A DNA stretch of 36,283 bases, from the NCBI RefSeq assembly GCF_001194135.2, contig NC_068981.1, positions 25,844,357 to 25,880,639 of the forward strand, in the 5' to 3' direction. This document shows, piece after piece, positions 12,665 to 23,170 of the stretch (the stretch's first letter is position 1; each line of letters begins with the position of its first letter). The position numbers were made by a program, and so were the translations under genes. Below the pieces are notes generated by a model that saw only the letters and a program-made list of their open reading frames with translations, ran no database searches and was not told where the DNA came from. Source of the stretch: Octopus bimaculoides. Lineage: Eukaryota.

Positions 12665-12850
12665 CTCTTGACGTCTGCTGCCGGTTTGTATAAGGCCCCC
12701 TTAACTTAGCGATTCCACGAAATGGATAGGTAGAGTAAGTACTAGAGTTAAAGATATGTACTATGCCCGCAGACTATGCACACCGCGGCGTCAGTCTTAG
12801 TATTGCCGCGAATTCAATGACTAAAAGAAGTAAAAGATATAAGATATAAA
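12665..12850 (+). mobile_element. SINE family A, decayed 3' half
   Basis: cttgac...taacttagcg...taagtactag...aatgactaaaagaagtaaaag aligns with 12215-12390. Confidence 0.55.
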
Positions 12851-14497
12851 GTCATAATGAATTGATGTATAAACATCATAAAATAAAAATACGGTATTTA
12901 AGAGATAATTAAGAACACATCATTAAACTCTAAAACATACAATGCAGTTAATCATGGTAGAATAGATATATGCGTCTATATAGAACCGACTAGACATTAT
13001 CTGAGAGCAATTTATGTAGCACAAGAAGCAAAAAAGCATAACATTCAAATATAATTCTTAATTTAATTGTTCTCTACCACTGTTTCAGTAGATTAAACAT
13101 CATTTATTTAGTTATGTGATTAACATACAGATTTAATTACTTGAAAAAATGATGGGTTATCTATTTCTTCAGAGATTCCTGCTTTTACTTTTAAGCTACA
13201 TTTATGAAATTAGCCCCTTTGAGAGTTTCCCTTCACTCACTCTTTACAATTGTATGTAAATTATACTGGCCAAATAGGTGCTATCGCTTCCTTTTTTTAT
13301 ATATATATATTTTTCTAATTTCTGGCAGAAAAATATTCTGTTAATAGAAAAAATGCGACCGTCTGCGTTGCTGTCAAACAAAGATATTTTACCAGAAGTA
13401 GGAAAATTCAATTTTCTGTGAAAATAATTTCTTACATCTTGAACTTATCATCCTTTTGTCCCCGAAAGTCACTAACAATTACCGCAAGCTCTGTTTTGTT
13501 TCTCCAAATAAAAAACATGTTGAAATTCACTAAGAAGTCTTTGCGTACGTTACTCAGTAGTTCTACACCCATATGATTGAACTCAATTCATGCTAATGAT
13601 CCATGTAAACTATTCCTCTTCGCTAAGTTCTTTTGTAATGTAGAATGATAAACTTGACAGTTATACATGCGTAACCTGTGACGGTTGATCGTCCAAGGTC
13701 GTGATATCACGTAGTTGTGACAACTTTAAAAGCTTCAGAAATGTGTCGTTTGTTTTTGTTGTTTATCGTTGAAAGTGTTTTAGAAGATTGCTTGAAACAT
13801 TTGGTGATTAAATCTTTGTTCTGCTGACCTTGTAGATTTTTAACAGGGTGATGGATCTAGTCTACAGAGAAAAGCAAAAGAAAAGAAAAGAAAACAGAAG
13901 AATAAACGAAAGTTTTCTATCAGAAACTCAGTAGCTTCTTTCATACTTCTGAATTGATTCCATTCGCCACATATCTGCTTCTCCTCTTTCACATACTAAT
14001 CTTTCTCTCCCATATCTTCCTCGTCTCCCTCGTCTCCTTCGTCTCCTTCCTCTTCCTACTCCTCTCCTCCATCCACTCCCCTGCTCTTTCTCCTCCTCCT
14101 ACCCGTCCTTCCAATCATCATCATCATCAGCATCATCATCATCAACCACCACATCATAATGGTTTATACAAGCCTATTCAGTGCGCTAGACTTCTAAACA
14201 AAAAGAAATCGACCTCAACAAATTACCATTAACCTTAGCTCTGGCTGTTTAAACATGCATTCATTTGTTAATTCCATTTGATCTAAATTGCTTTCATTTA
14301 CAACCTAATAGTTCCTTCCACCCTTAATTACAATTGCAGTAAGGAATATCTTATTCATACTTATCACCAAGCAAACATGAAAATATGATTGAGCGCATCT
14401 ATTAGCTAAATGTTAGTCCAGTAAAGTTTTATTGATGTGCAACCGTTATTTAAAATGGCTTTACATATAAAACTACGTAAGCACACCAGCCAATGAT

Positions 14498-14655
14498 GTG
14501 GTCACTATGCAACCATTTGATCAGCTAGAAATAGTAGTCAAATCTTCTTCAAATCAAATCCTACAACTAATGGAAGAACAGAGTGAACAATTTAATGACT
14601 GGTACATCGTGACTGAGAACAAACTGAATTGCCATAGCCATAATACACCTGATCC
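14498..14655 (+). mobile_element. Decayed interspersed repeat (gctagaaatagtagtcaaatcttcttcaaatca...)
   Basis: Recognised from memory as a common octopus repeat; not confirmable within the window. Confidence 0.3.
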
Positions 14656-15585
14656 AAAATGGAACTAATTGGCGAGACATCCTAGCGACGTGTATTTTGT
14701 TGCAGTTGTTTTGGCGAAGGCCTTTTCGGCGGCAGATGATTTCATGTTGAAGTCAGATATAACACGCACAAAGAAGGGATAACATGCAATAAATGACAAA
14801 GAACGGAGAGGAGATGAACCATTAAAATGTTTTATATAGGCAGATACAAAGGTGAATAGATAGATAGACAGATAAACAGATAGATAGACAGATAAATTGA
14901 TAGATATAGAGAGAAGGAGAGATGGAGAAACATTAAAGTGTATTTAAAGTGAAACCGATTCACTCAACCACTTCTCACTCTCTATTCAATTCATACAAGG
15001 AATACACAAGCACACATAAAAAAAAAATGATATGTGAAATATTAAGCTGCAATGAGAATGATAATGAAATAATGAAAAGTAAACAGTTATCTGTCTTTTC
15101 ACGTCATCCAATAGGAAATGTTAATATTCTTTAAAGAAGGCCAAAGTGACAAACTGTATCTGTATATTTAAAACAAAATGCATTTTCATATAAACTTCTA
15201 TCTCCGTCTCCATAAATATTAAGCTTTACTACGATTCATGTCCAACTAGAACCCTTCCTAATATATATCTCTATTTTACTGTACTTTACAACCCCTATCT
15301 ACATCTTTGCATAAAGAAGCAGGGGCATTGCAGGCAAAGGTTAACATTGGTAATCGGTGGTAGACAGCTTTTAATGATCAATCGAGCATAAAAGCAAAAT
15401 TTCCCAGACTCCAAAATGCATAAAACCATATGACTCCTGTCGATCGGCACAAAAATTTGGTCAATGCCCTAAGCTATTATTATGGAATCGGTAGAGTCAA
15501 AACCAAACGAAACCATTTTGAATATAGCCTTATTCGATCTGGAGCTGAATAACAATAACATATACACACATTCCTCATGTCCACA

Positions 15586-15790
15586 TCTTTTATCCTTTGA
15601 TTGTTTATTTTTAGTTGGAGAGCAGTCAAGTTGAGGCATCGCCCCAGCAGGTTTAGTCGATCCAATACTTATTTTTAAGCCTGGTTGTTATTCTATCAAA
15701 AGTCTTTTGTCGAACCGATAAGTAAAGGGTGGAGTACACATAAAAACTGGTTGTCGAGCAGTAGTGAGATGAAAATGAGACACAAAGACA
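15586..15790 (-). mobile_element. SINE family A, 3' half
   Basis: tttagtcga...taagcctgg..cttttgtcgaaccg.taagt...ctggttgtcgag is the reverse complement of the 12215-12390 segment. Confidence 0.6.
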
Positions 15791-16647
15791 AGCACATAGA
15801 CATACATACACCCATACTTACACACACACACAAACACGCCCCCCCCCCATTTATAAGTGTTTGTGTGTATATGATGTAGTGATTTACACACAGATAGTAA
15901 AAATGCATAGTAAGTTTTAGTAATTTTGTTTGCAATATATAGAAGAGTTTATTTCAAACTTTTACCATTGTGCTGTGGATAACTTCACTTTCCAGTGTTG
16001 GGAAAATTATAGTAGATATTGATATAGAAACAGTTGTTTAAAACAGTATACACAGCAGCTTATTTCTTATTGGAAAAATGACACTTCAGATTATATGAAA
16101 AACTGAACATTTCATATTAGTAAGGTCGAAAGGCTGTCAGAATTGAATTAGTTAACTTCAAGAAAGTTTTTAAAATGACAACATATACACGAGTGTAAAC
16201 TTTACATCTGCAAGTTAAGAATTTCTTTTATTGATTGTTATGGGGTTCGTGCAGGTAATTTTGTTATGATTAAATTTAAACTAATTACACGTTTATTGGC
16301 ACTGGAGGAAGCGAGTCGCATTGAAACTAATACTGAAACTATGTTTTTTTAACAGTAGCTATTCTATTCTTGCAACGGAGGGACGATGTGTAGACGTAAG
16401 CTACAATGGCTTGTAAACTGTAGAGCACAAACCCCGAACATTTTAAGGCTATATATCAATGTGTATTTATACAACACACGCACGCACACAGGGGCACACA
16501 CAAACACATATGCAGACATACACAGTGGAAGTACATATATAGACCTGTCCGCATAGCCATTGGAGTAGCATCATTACAAGCTAAAACAATGTGAAACACA
16601 TTGTGATCAGCGACGTATAACAACATCCGGTAGTCTGATCAATGCCG

Positions 16648-16735
<88 letters not shown>

Positions 16736-16923
16736 GTATGTATGTATGTACATGCATATTTAAATAGAAGCATGTTCGCACCCCTTTGTACAGATATGTG
16801 CCGCATAAATTAATATCAAATGCCCGTGGTTTCTGTGAAGCAGAACTAATCGACTGAAATTGACACCTCCATTGCACAAATGCACTGCAACCAGTGCCAA
16901 TCACCATCGTTGTCGTAGTCGTC

Positions 16924-16956
16924 ACGCTGCTGCTGCTGCTGCTGCTGCTGGTGATA

Positions 16957-16988
<32 letters not shown>

Positions 16989-17000
16989 CATCATCATCAT
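16924..17000. repeat. (GCT)n then (GAT)n/(CAT)n microsatellite
   Basis: Directly visible. Confidence 0.95.
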
Positions 17001-17314
17001 GTTATATCATCACCATCAACAACAAGAACAACAAAAACAGCAACAATGTTATGAATTCCAATGAAGCGTGATACATATAATGGGACTAATAATAAAAGGA
17101 AATTTAATGCATAAGTTAGAAAAAGATTAAAATAGGGAAAACTGAAACTAAAGCAAATTAACATAAGTAAGTTTCTTTATATATTACATCTACCAAATCA
17201 CTTCTTTCTTCCCACTCAGTAAACAAATAAAGAATAAGAAAACCAACATTCGAGTAATCAGTAAGCAAGGATACATCGAAAAAAAACAATAGCAGAACAA
17301 AATGTACATTATAC

Positions 17315-17351
<37 letters not shown>

Positions 17352-17366
17352 GTGCTTACATACATG

Positions 17367-17398
<32 letters not shown>

Positions 17399-18025
17399 CT
17401 TACATATATGCAAACAAGTATACAGCCAGATAGACAGACACATAATATATATATATNNNNNNNNNNNNNNNNNNNNNNNNNNNNNNNNNNNNNNNNNNNN
17501 NNNNNNNNNNNNNNNNNNNNNNNNNNNNNNNNNNNNNNNNNNNNNNNNNNNNNNNNNNNNNNNNNNNNNNNNNNNNNNNNNNNNNNNNNNNNNNNNNNNN
17601 NNNNNNNNNNNNNNNNNNNNNNNNNNNNNNNNNNNNNNNNNNNNNNNNNNNNNNNNNNNNNNNNNNNNNNNNNNNNNNNNNNNNNNNNNNNNNNNNNNNN
17701 NNNNNNNNNNNNNNNNNNNNNNNNNNNNNNNNNNNNNNNNNNNNNNNNNNNNNNNNNNNNNNNNNNNNNNNNNNNNNNNNNNNNNNNNNNNNNNNNNNNN
17801 NNNNNNNNNNNNNNNNNNNNNNNNNNNNNNNNNNNNNNNNNNNNNNNNNNNNNNNNNNNNNNNNNNNNNNNNNNNNNNNNNNNNNNNNNNNNNNNNNNNN
17901 NNNNNNNNNNNNNNNNNNNNNNNNNNNNNNNNNNNNNNNNNNNNNNNNNNNNNNNNNNNNNNNNNNNNNNNATATATATATATATATATATATACTGGTG
18001 CAATATGTAGGCGCAGTATGTAGGC

Positions 18026-18180
18026 AGAGGCATGGCTGTGTCGTATGCAGCTTGTTTAACAACCATGTCATGTAGGTTCGGTTCCTCTGTTTGGCACTTT
18101 CGGAAAGAGGCTTCCAGTATAGCCTCAGGTTGACCACGGTTTTGAGAGTGAATTTGGTAGACGGAAAGTGAAAGAAGACC
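18026..18180 (+). mobile_element. SINE family A, 5' half
   Basis: ggcatggctgtg...tatagcctcagg...gagtgaatttggtagacggaaagtgaaagaag. Confidence 0.75.
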
Positions 18181-18779
18181 AAATACCTGATGCAGAAAAT
18201 GACAGAAAAGATCAGCGAAAAAGAAAATACGCTGAACAATTGAAAAATCTACACTCTACCCAGATTACAAGTTCAAGTTCATACCTGTAATTATTGGAGT
18301 ACTGGGATGTGTAACACTCTGCCTAAGTACCAATCTTGAAGAATTGAGCTTCTCAAAACCAGAGAGGAGAAAGTTGATACGAAGACTACATATCCAAGCC
18401 ATCAATAGAACTATAAAAACCTGTAAAACTTTAAAGACGTTTCTCATTTAAGTATATATGAACATGTCTAGACATGCAACTATAAGCATAATAATACGTA
18501 CATAACGCAAAACATACAAATCTGCACACATACATACATACAAAAATACCCTGCTGACGTTGTTGAAATTCCAGTGAAGGAGCCTTGGATCTAAGTTACA
18601 AAAAAGTTCCTTCTATATTGGTGACAAACATTGAATTAAAACTGAATGACATACATAAAAAATACCCTGTTGATATTGAAATTCCAGTGAAAGAGCCTTC
18701 AATCTAGGTTAGAAACCGGCTCTTTCTCTATTGGCATGAAATCCTGAGATTAAACTAAATAATGACATACATACATACC
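18181..18779 (+). mobile_element. 5'-truncated R4-type RLE retrotransposon 3' end with duplicated terminal unit and (CATA)n tail
   Basis: After frameshifted KISEKENT/AEQLKNL, 18254-18451 reads LYPDYKFKFIPVIIGVLGCVTLCLSTNLEELSFSKPERRKLIRRLHIQAINRTIKTCKTLKTFLI*. Two ~120-bp 3' units (~18534-18649 and ~18650-18779) each end in gacatacata. Confidence 0.8.
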
Positions 18780-18790
18780 AAGATGGCGGC
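18779..18790 (+). promoter_or_regulatory. YY1-type motif CAAGATGGCGGC
   Basis: Exact match to the vertebrate-derived YY1 consensus; function unshown. Confidence 0.3.
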
Positions 18791-19205
18791 GTCATCACCA
18801 GACTTGCAGTCGTAGCGAGGCGTTGAAAAAATATAGTTTTGAACGTTTCCTTCTACATTTATTGCGACTCCCCCAGCCTAAATAAGTAACTGCTTTATTT
18901 CTCCCATTATAAATAAGAGAAATACCTTTTACTCACCATCATAGCGTTATTCAGTCTGGATTTTAAAGATATACCTCATACCATATGGAATTTCGCTAAC
19001 ACGATTATGGCTGAAACTAACACCACCCATCACCACTGAGGAAAACAGCACTACAACACCAGTAAGCTATCTAAGAAGACGTAAGTTCTCAGGTTTAAAT
19101 TCTGACATTGTTTTCGTTTTATACATTCCATGGATGGTGCTTTGTATCTTTGTTAACTAACGCCTTCTTCAGAGGAAGGATTTAGATGAGTGAAAGCAGA
19201 CCACA

Positions 19206-19254
<49 letters not shown>

Positions 19255-19599
19255 GCTTATGTATAAATATCACAGTAGTAAAGTTAAATATGTGGTCATA
19301 GAATGATCAATGGTTTCGCATTCACACAGGCTGTAGCCACGCGGACGACTCATCAGACTCTAGTCCGGAGGCAAATTTAACTCTTCACCTCTGGGAGGTA
19401 GATATGTGTTATAGTCATTGGTCATTTAGTCATTAAAGAATAAATAATCCTGTGTCCCTGAGGACTTGTTATCTCCCCTAGGCCAGCTATTTGTAGGGTG
19501 GGAACGATAACGTCTATGACCATGTATTAACTTTATTGCTTTAATACTTTACTGCTTTATACTTATACATATATATATATATAAGTATGCCGATTGGAA

Positions 19600-19811
19600 T
19601 GTGCGTCTTTGTATTTGTCCCCAACAGAGCGCTTGACAGCCGGTATTGATTTCTGTATGTTCCCGTAAATATGCAGTTCGGCAAAAAGAACTTGATCGAG
19701 CATGTACCAGGGTTACGAATAGATATTGTGATCATTGTTTTGCTTAAACCCTTCGAAACATTGCCCTGTCCTGGTAGTTGTTCAAAGAGTGAAACAAGTA
19801 AAAGATAATAG
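19600..19811 (+). mobile_element. SINE family A, 3' half
   Basis: tttgtcccc...gcttgacagccgg...gttcggcaaaaaga...tgaaacaagtaaaagataa. Confidence 0.7.
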
Positions 19812-19976
19812 ATATACATACGTGCATACATATATAAATATACATGTATGTATATGTATACATAAGCATATATAAAAAATTATAAATTCATATTTATGTA
19901 TATATATATGTATATATATATATGTATGTATGTATATATGTATGTATATATATACATACATACATACATACATATA

Positions 19977-19977
19977 C

Positions 19978-20029
<52 letters not shown>

Positions 20030-20050
20030 ATCTATATCTATATATATATA
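19977..20050. repeat. (TATC)n/(TA)n microsatellite
   Basis: Directly visible. Confidence 0.95.
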
Positions 20051-20414
20051 TGACTAGATTTTTTTGTTGAAACCTGAAGCTGAGAGTTTGTCTGCAGACT
20101 TGAGATGTTTTATCGAAATTTGTTTTCATGATATATATTGTTTATATAATCTTTGTATTAGATAGTCGATATTATATGAAACATAATATTGATTACTTAC
20201 ACAGGTAAAAATTGATGCTTATTTTTGTGTTTTCGTATTGCGCTGTCTATTAAGTCTACTCTGGTAATTTGCTGGTATTTTAGTTACTCATCAGGTAAAA
20301 ATAAACAAAGACGACCTCGGTGGGATTATAGCATTAGTAACATTGATTTGTTAGATTGGTATGGTGCTGCATTTTATGTGTGGTTATCGTTTAGTAAACC
20401 TACCCCCGCACTTA

Positions 20415-20621
20415 TTTTGGCACAAGGCCACCAATTTCGGGGATGGTTGTAAGTTTAATACATCGACCTCAGTGCTCAGCTAGTAATCTATTTTTATCGG
20501 CCCCGAAAGGATAAAAGGCAAAGTCTACCTCAGCGGAATTTAAACTGAGAACATAAAGACGGTCGAAATACCGCTAAGCATTTTTTCCAGCGTGATAACA
20601 ATTCCACCAGCTCACCGCCTT
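20415..20621 (-). mobile_element. SINE family B
   Basis: ggcacaaggcc...catcgacc...ccccgaaaggataaaaggcaaagtc...aataccgctaagcattt...ccagctcaccgcc. Confidence 0.85.
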
Positions 20622-20739
20622 CAGAAACGCTTATAATATTAAATTCAGAAGAATGAAACTCAAATTACGTTTTGGTAAGTTTGCAACACTAGTTATGTTG
20701 ATCTCTGTAATTGTTGCCAAACACACAGTACGATATGAA

Positions 20740-20887
20740 GAGTAGAGTCAATCTGAGTAATTGACTCGTCCCAGAGGAATGCGATGCAAAGCTGATCTCA
20801 GCGGTAATTGATCTCAGAACATAAAGAGGCGTATGTGTATTCAGCAACGCATTTTATCAGACGCTCTGATCTTATCAAACCGCTGCC
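20740..20887 (-). mobile_element. SINE family B, strongly decayed
   Basis: gcaaagctgatctcagcgg...tcagaacataaag aligns with 20515-20560. Confidence 0.5.
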
Positions 20888-20909
20888 ACCACCACCACTA
20901 CATAATCCT

Positions 20910-21026
20910 TTCTTCTTCTTCTTCTTCTTCTTCTTCTTCTTCTTCTTCTTCTTCTTCTTCTTCTTCTTCTTCTTCTTCTTCTTCTTCTTCTTCTTCTTCT
21001 TCTTCTTCTTCTTCTTCTTCTTCTTC
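20910..21026. repeat. Pure (TTC)39 microsatellite
   Basis: 117 bp of uninterrupted TTC. Confidence 0.97.
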
Positions 21027-22071
21027 TGCTTTCATCTCCGTTTCCTACTACTAACACCTTTGTCGTTCACCTTCGAGGTCGAATTTTAAGTTCTTCCTCT
21101 CATCGCCGCTACTTAGAACAAACAGTTTCGGTAATGTCTTGTGATTTTCCTGTCATGAAGACTGGTATGTTCATGGTGATCCTACTCGACCGCATGTCAC
21201 CGAATGCTGAATCTGCACCGTTGGCTTTTCGATATTGCACCGGAAAGGTTACTACTTACAGGGGGGCTTTTGCTAGATCATCATCGATGTTAATAAAAAT
21301 TATATACAAGTGTATCTCTTAGTATTCAGACTCACACTTTCAGCCCACCTTCTGTATTACATTTGATACATATAGTGCTATATGTACTTTCAATAACAAT
21401 GCAGGCTATTCTATTCAAAATACTTCTATGCCTGTTCCTAAGTCATTTCTGGACAGAATGAAATAAACTCTGCTTTGCAAGACATAAGTAAAGCACGTCT
21501 TCTCTTTCAGAGCCTGTTTAAGAGTGTGGGCGATGGCTGGCCTCACTTTATTATTGAGAATAATACTGAGCTTTTCATCTTTCAGGAAAGTGTTTCATAT
21601 CGAGTGTTTCCGTTTGAAAAGATACCCTGTTTGAAAGATTCCGAGCAAAGGGGAATTGTTTCGATGTTTGTATCTACACACGAAGTAATATGTGTGTGCA
21701 TACTGTTCTTCTTCATGTTTATGATAACTGCATTTCTGCTGGGTGTGATCAAAAGGTCTGTAGGTGATACGAGATAAAATCTGGAATTTTTCCGAGAAAT
21801 AAAACACAAACGTATTCTTCTATTTTGTAAGCCCTGTAGGGGATAATGCCAGACTGTCGAAAGTTACCTGCATGCAAATAATTTGGAGAAACATTTCTAT
21901 TTGACTTAGAAAATATATTACATCAGAAAAGGACTAGCAAACGACGCCGTATCCTTCGTCAGGAAACAAGAAACAAGAAAATCGTACAATACTTTTTGCG
22001 TTCACTGGCGTGTTTCTTGGCTGCTTATGAACTGTTGCTGGTTTCTTTAACAAATGTTTTTTTTACATGTA

Positions 22072-22263
22072 TAGGTTGTTAGACTATAGCACAACTCCCG
22101 AATCTGGAGGGCCGATATGTATACTTAAGTCTGACTCCTACTCTTCGACCAAACCAGCAAGGTTGAACCTACTAGTGGAACACGTCCCCCACTGGCACAT
22201 GCTCTAGGGATCATAAGAGTAGGCAAGCTTCCCCCCCACGTCAAGGACACACACAGAGGGAGG
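22072..22263 (-). mobile_element. RTE-clade LINE 5' UTR-like fragment
   Basis: Minus strand CCTTGACGTGG..GGAAGCTTGCC..TATGATCCCTAGAGCATGTGCC...TCAACCTTGCTGG..TGGTCGAAGAGTAGGAGTCAGAC...GGCCCTCCAG resembles the conserved 5' block of BovB/RTE elements (CTTGTCGTGG..GGGGCTTGC..ATGAAGCTATGAGCCATGCC). Comparison is from memory. Confidence 0.6.
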
Positions 22264-22304
22264 ATATATATATCTACAGTATATATGTATTTTTTTTTTC
22301 TTTT

Positions 22305-22487
22305 TCTTTTACTTTTACTTCTTTCAGTAATTTGACTGCGACCATGCTGGAGCACCCTCTTTAGTTGAACAAATCGACCCCAGGTATTATTCTTTGAAGG
22401 CTTAATACTTATTCTATCGGGCACTTTTGCCGAACCGTTATGTTACGAGGACGTAAACACACCAACGTCGGTTGTCAAGTGATAGCG
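22305..22487 (-). mobile_element. SINE family A, 3' half
   Basis: atttgactgcgaccatgctggagcacc...ttttgccgaaccg...acgtaaacacacc...cggttgtcaag. Confidence 0.85.
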
Positions 22488-22596
22488 TGTACCCAATTAT
22501 TCATACCGAAATGCTAGTTATTGCATGGCAATCTCGCAATTGAGTGTTATATATGAGCGGGGGTAAAAAGTGGTTTACCCTTGATTTATACGGCAA

Positions 22597-22804
22597 ATAA
22601 GGAAGTGGAGAGAATATAAAATCGACAGACCTCTTGGCAGAAACGGCCGTAAGGAACTGACACCTACTGAAAGTCTGCTCATTTGCTCATTTCTGTGCTA
22701 CTAATATATGTGTATATACTCATCTAATACATTGGAATAACTAGACATACTAGAATGTTTACCGGTTGTTGTCTGTCGATTTTGTATCCTCTCCACTTTC
22801 TTAT
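22597..22804. repeat. 208-bp MITE-like unit with 34-bp terminal inverted repeats
   Basis: 22597-22630 and 22771-22804 are reverse complements with 3 mismatches. Confidence 0.75.
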
Positions 22805-23034
22805 AAAAAGACATTTCAGTAGTGGTTTCGATCCATGAGATCTTTTGAACAGTAAATATGGATAATAAATTTCCGAAAAATTAAATTTTGGCAAATTTAA
22901 ACGAAAAACCTTTTTAAAAACATATTTCTATAGTATTCAAATACCAGGGGAATTTTTCTTGTTTCTGTCTGTCTGTCTTTGTTTCACTTGTTAACTCTTG
23001 TTGGTTCGAGGTCATATATATATATATACATATA

Positions 23035-23170
23035 TACGACGGACTTCTTTCAGTTTCCGTCAACCGGATCTGCTCACAAGGCCTTGGTCACTCCGAGGTT
23101 ACAATACCAAACGTTTACCCAAAGTGCCACGCAGTGAGACTGAATCCGGAACCATGTGGTTGGGAAGCAA
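23035..23170 (-). mobile_element. SINE family A, 5' half
   Basis: cttctttcagtttccgtc...tcacaaggc...gtgccacgcagtg.gactgaa.ccggaaccatgtggttgggaagc. Confidence 0.8.

Noticed and set aside
18534-18779. Direct repeats as a possible CRISPR-like or LTR structure
   Set aside because: Only two adjacent ~120-bp units with no spacers; they are LINE 3' UTR copies.
19313-19356. Canonical hammerhead words on the minus strand (CUGAUGA ... GAAA)
   Set aside because: The base of stem II pairs poorly (G-C, U-G, then mismatches), and I found no properly placed NUH with stems I and III.
21475-21809. 100-aa plus ORF with two overlapping minus ORFs
   Set aside because: TTG start, no recognisable domain and no splice support; at most an unidentifiable relic.
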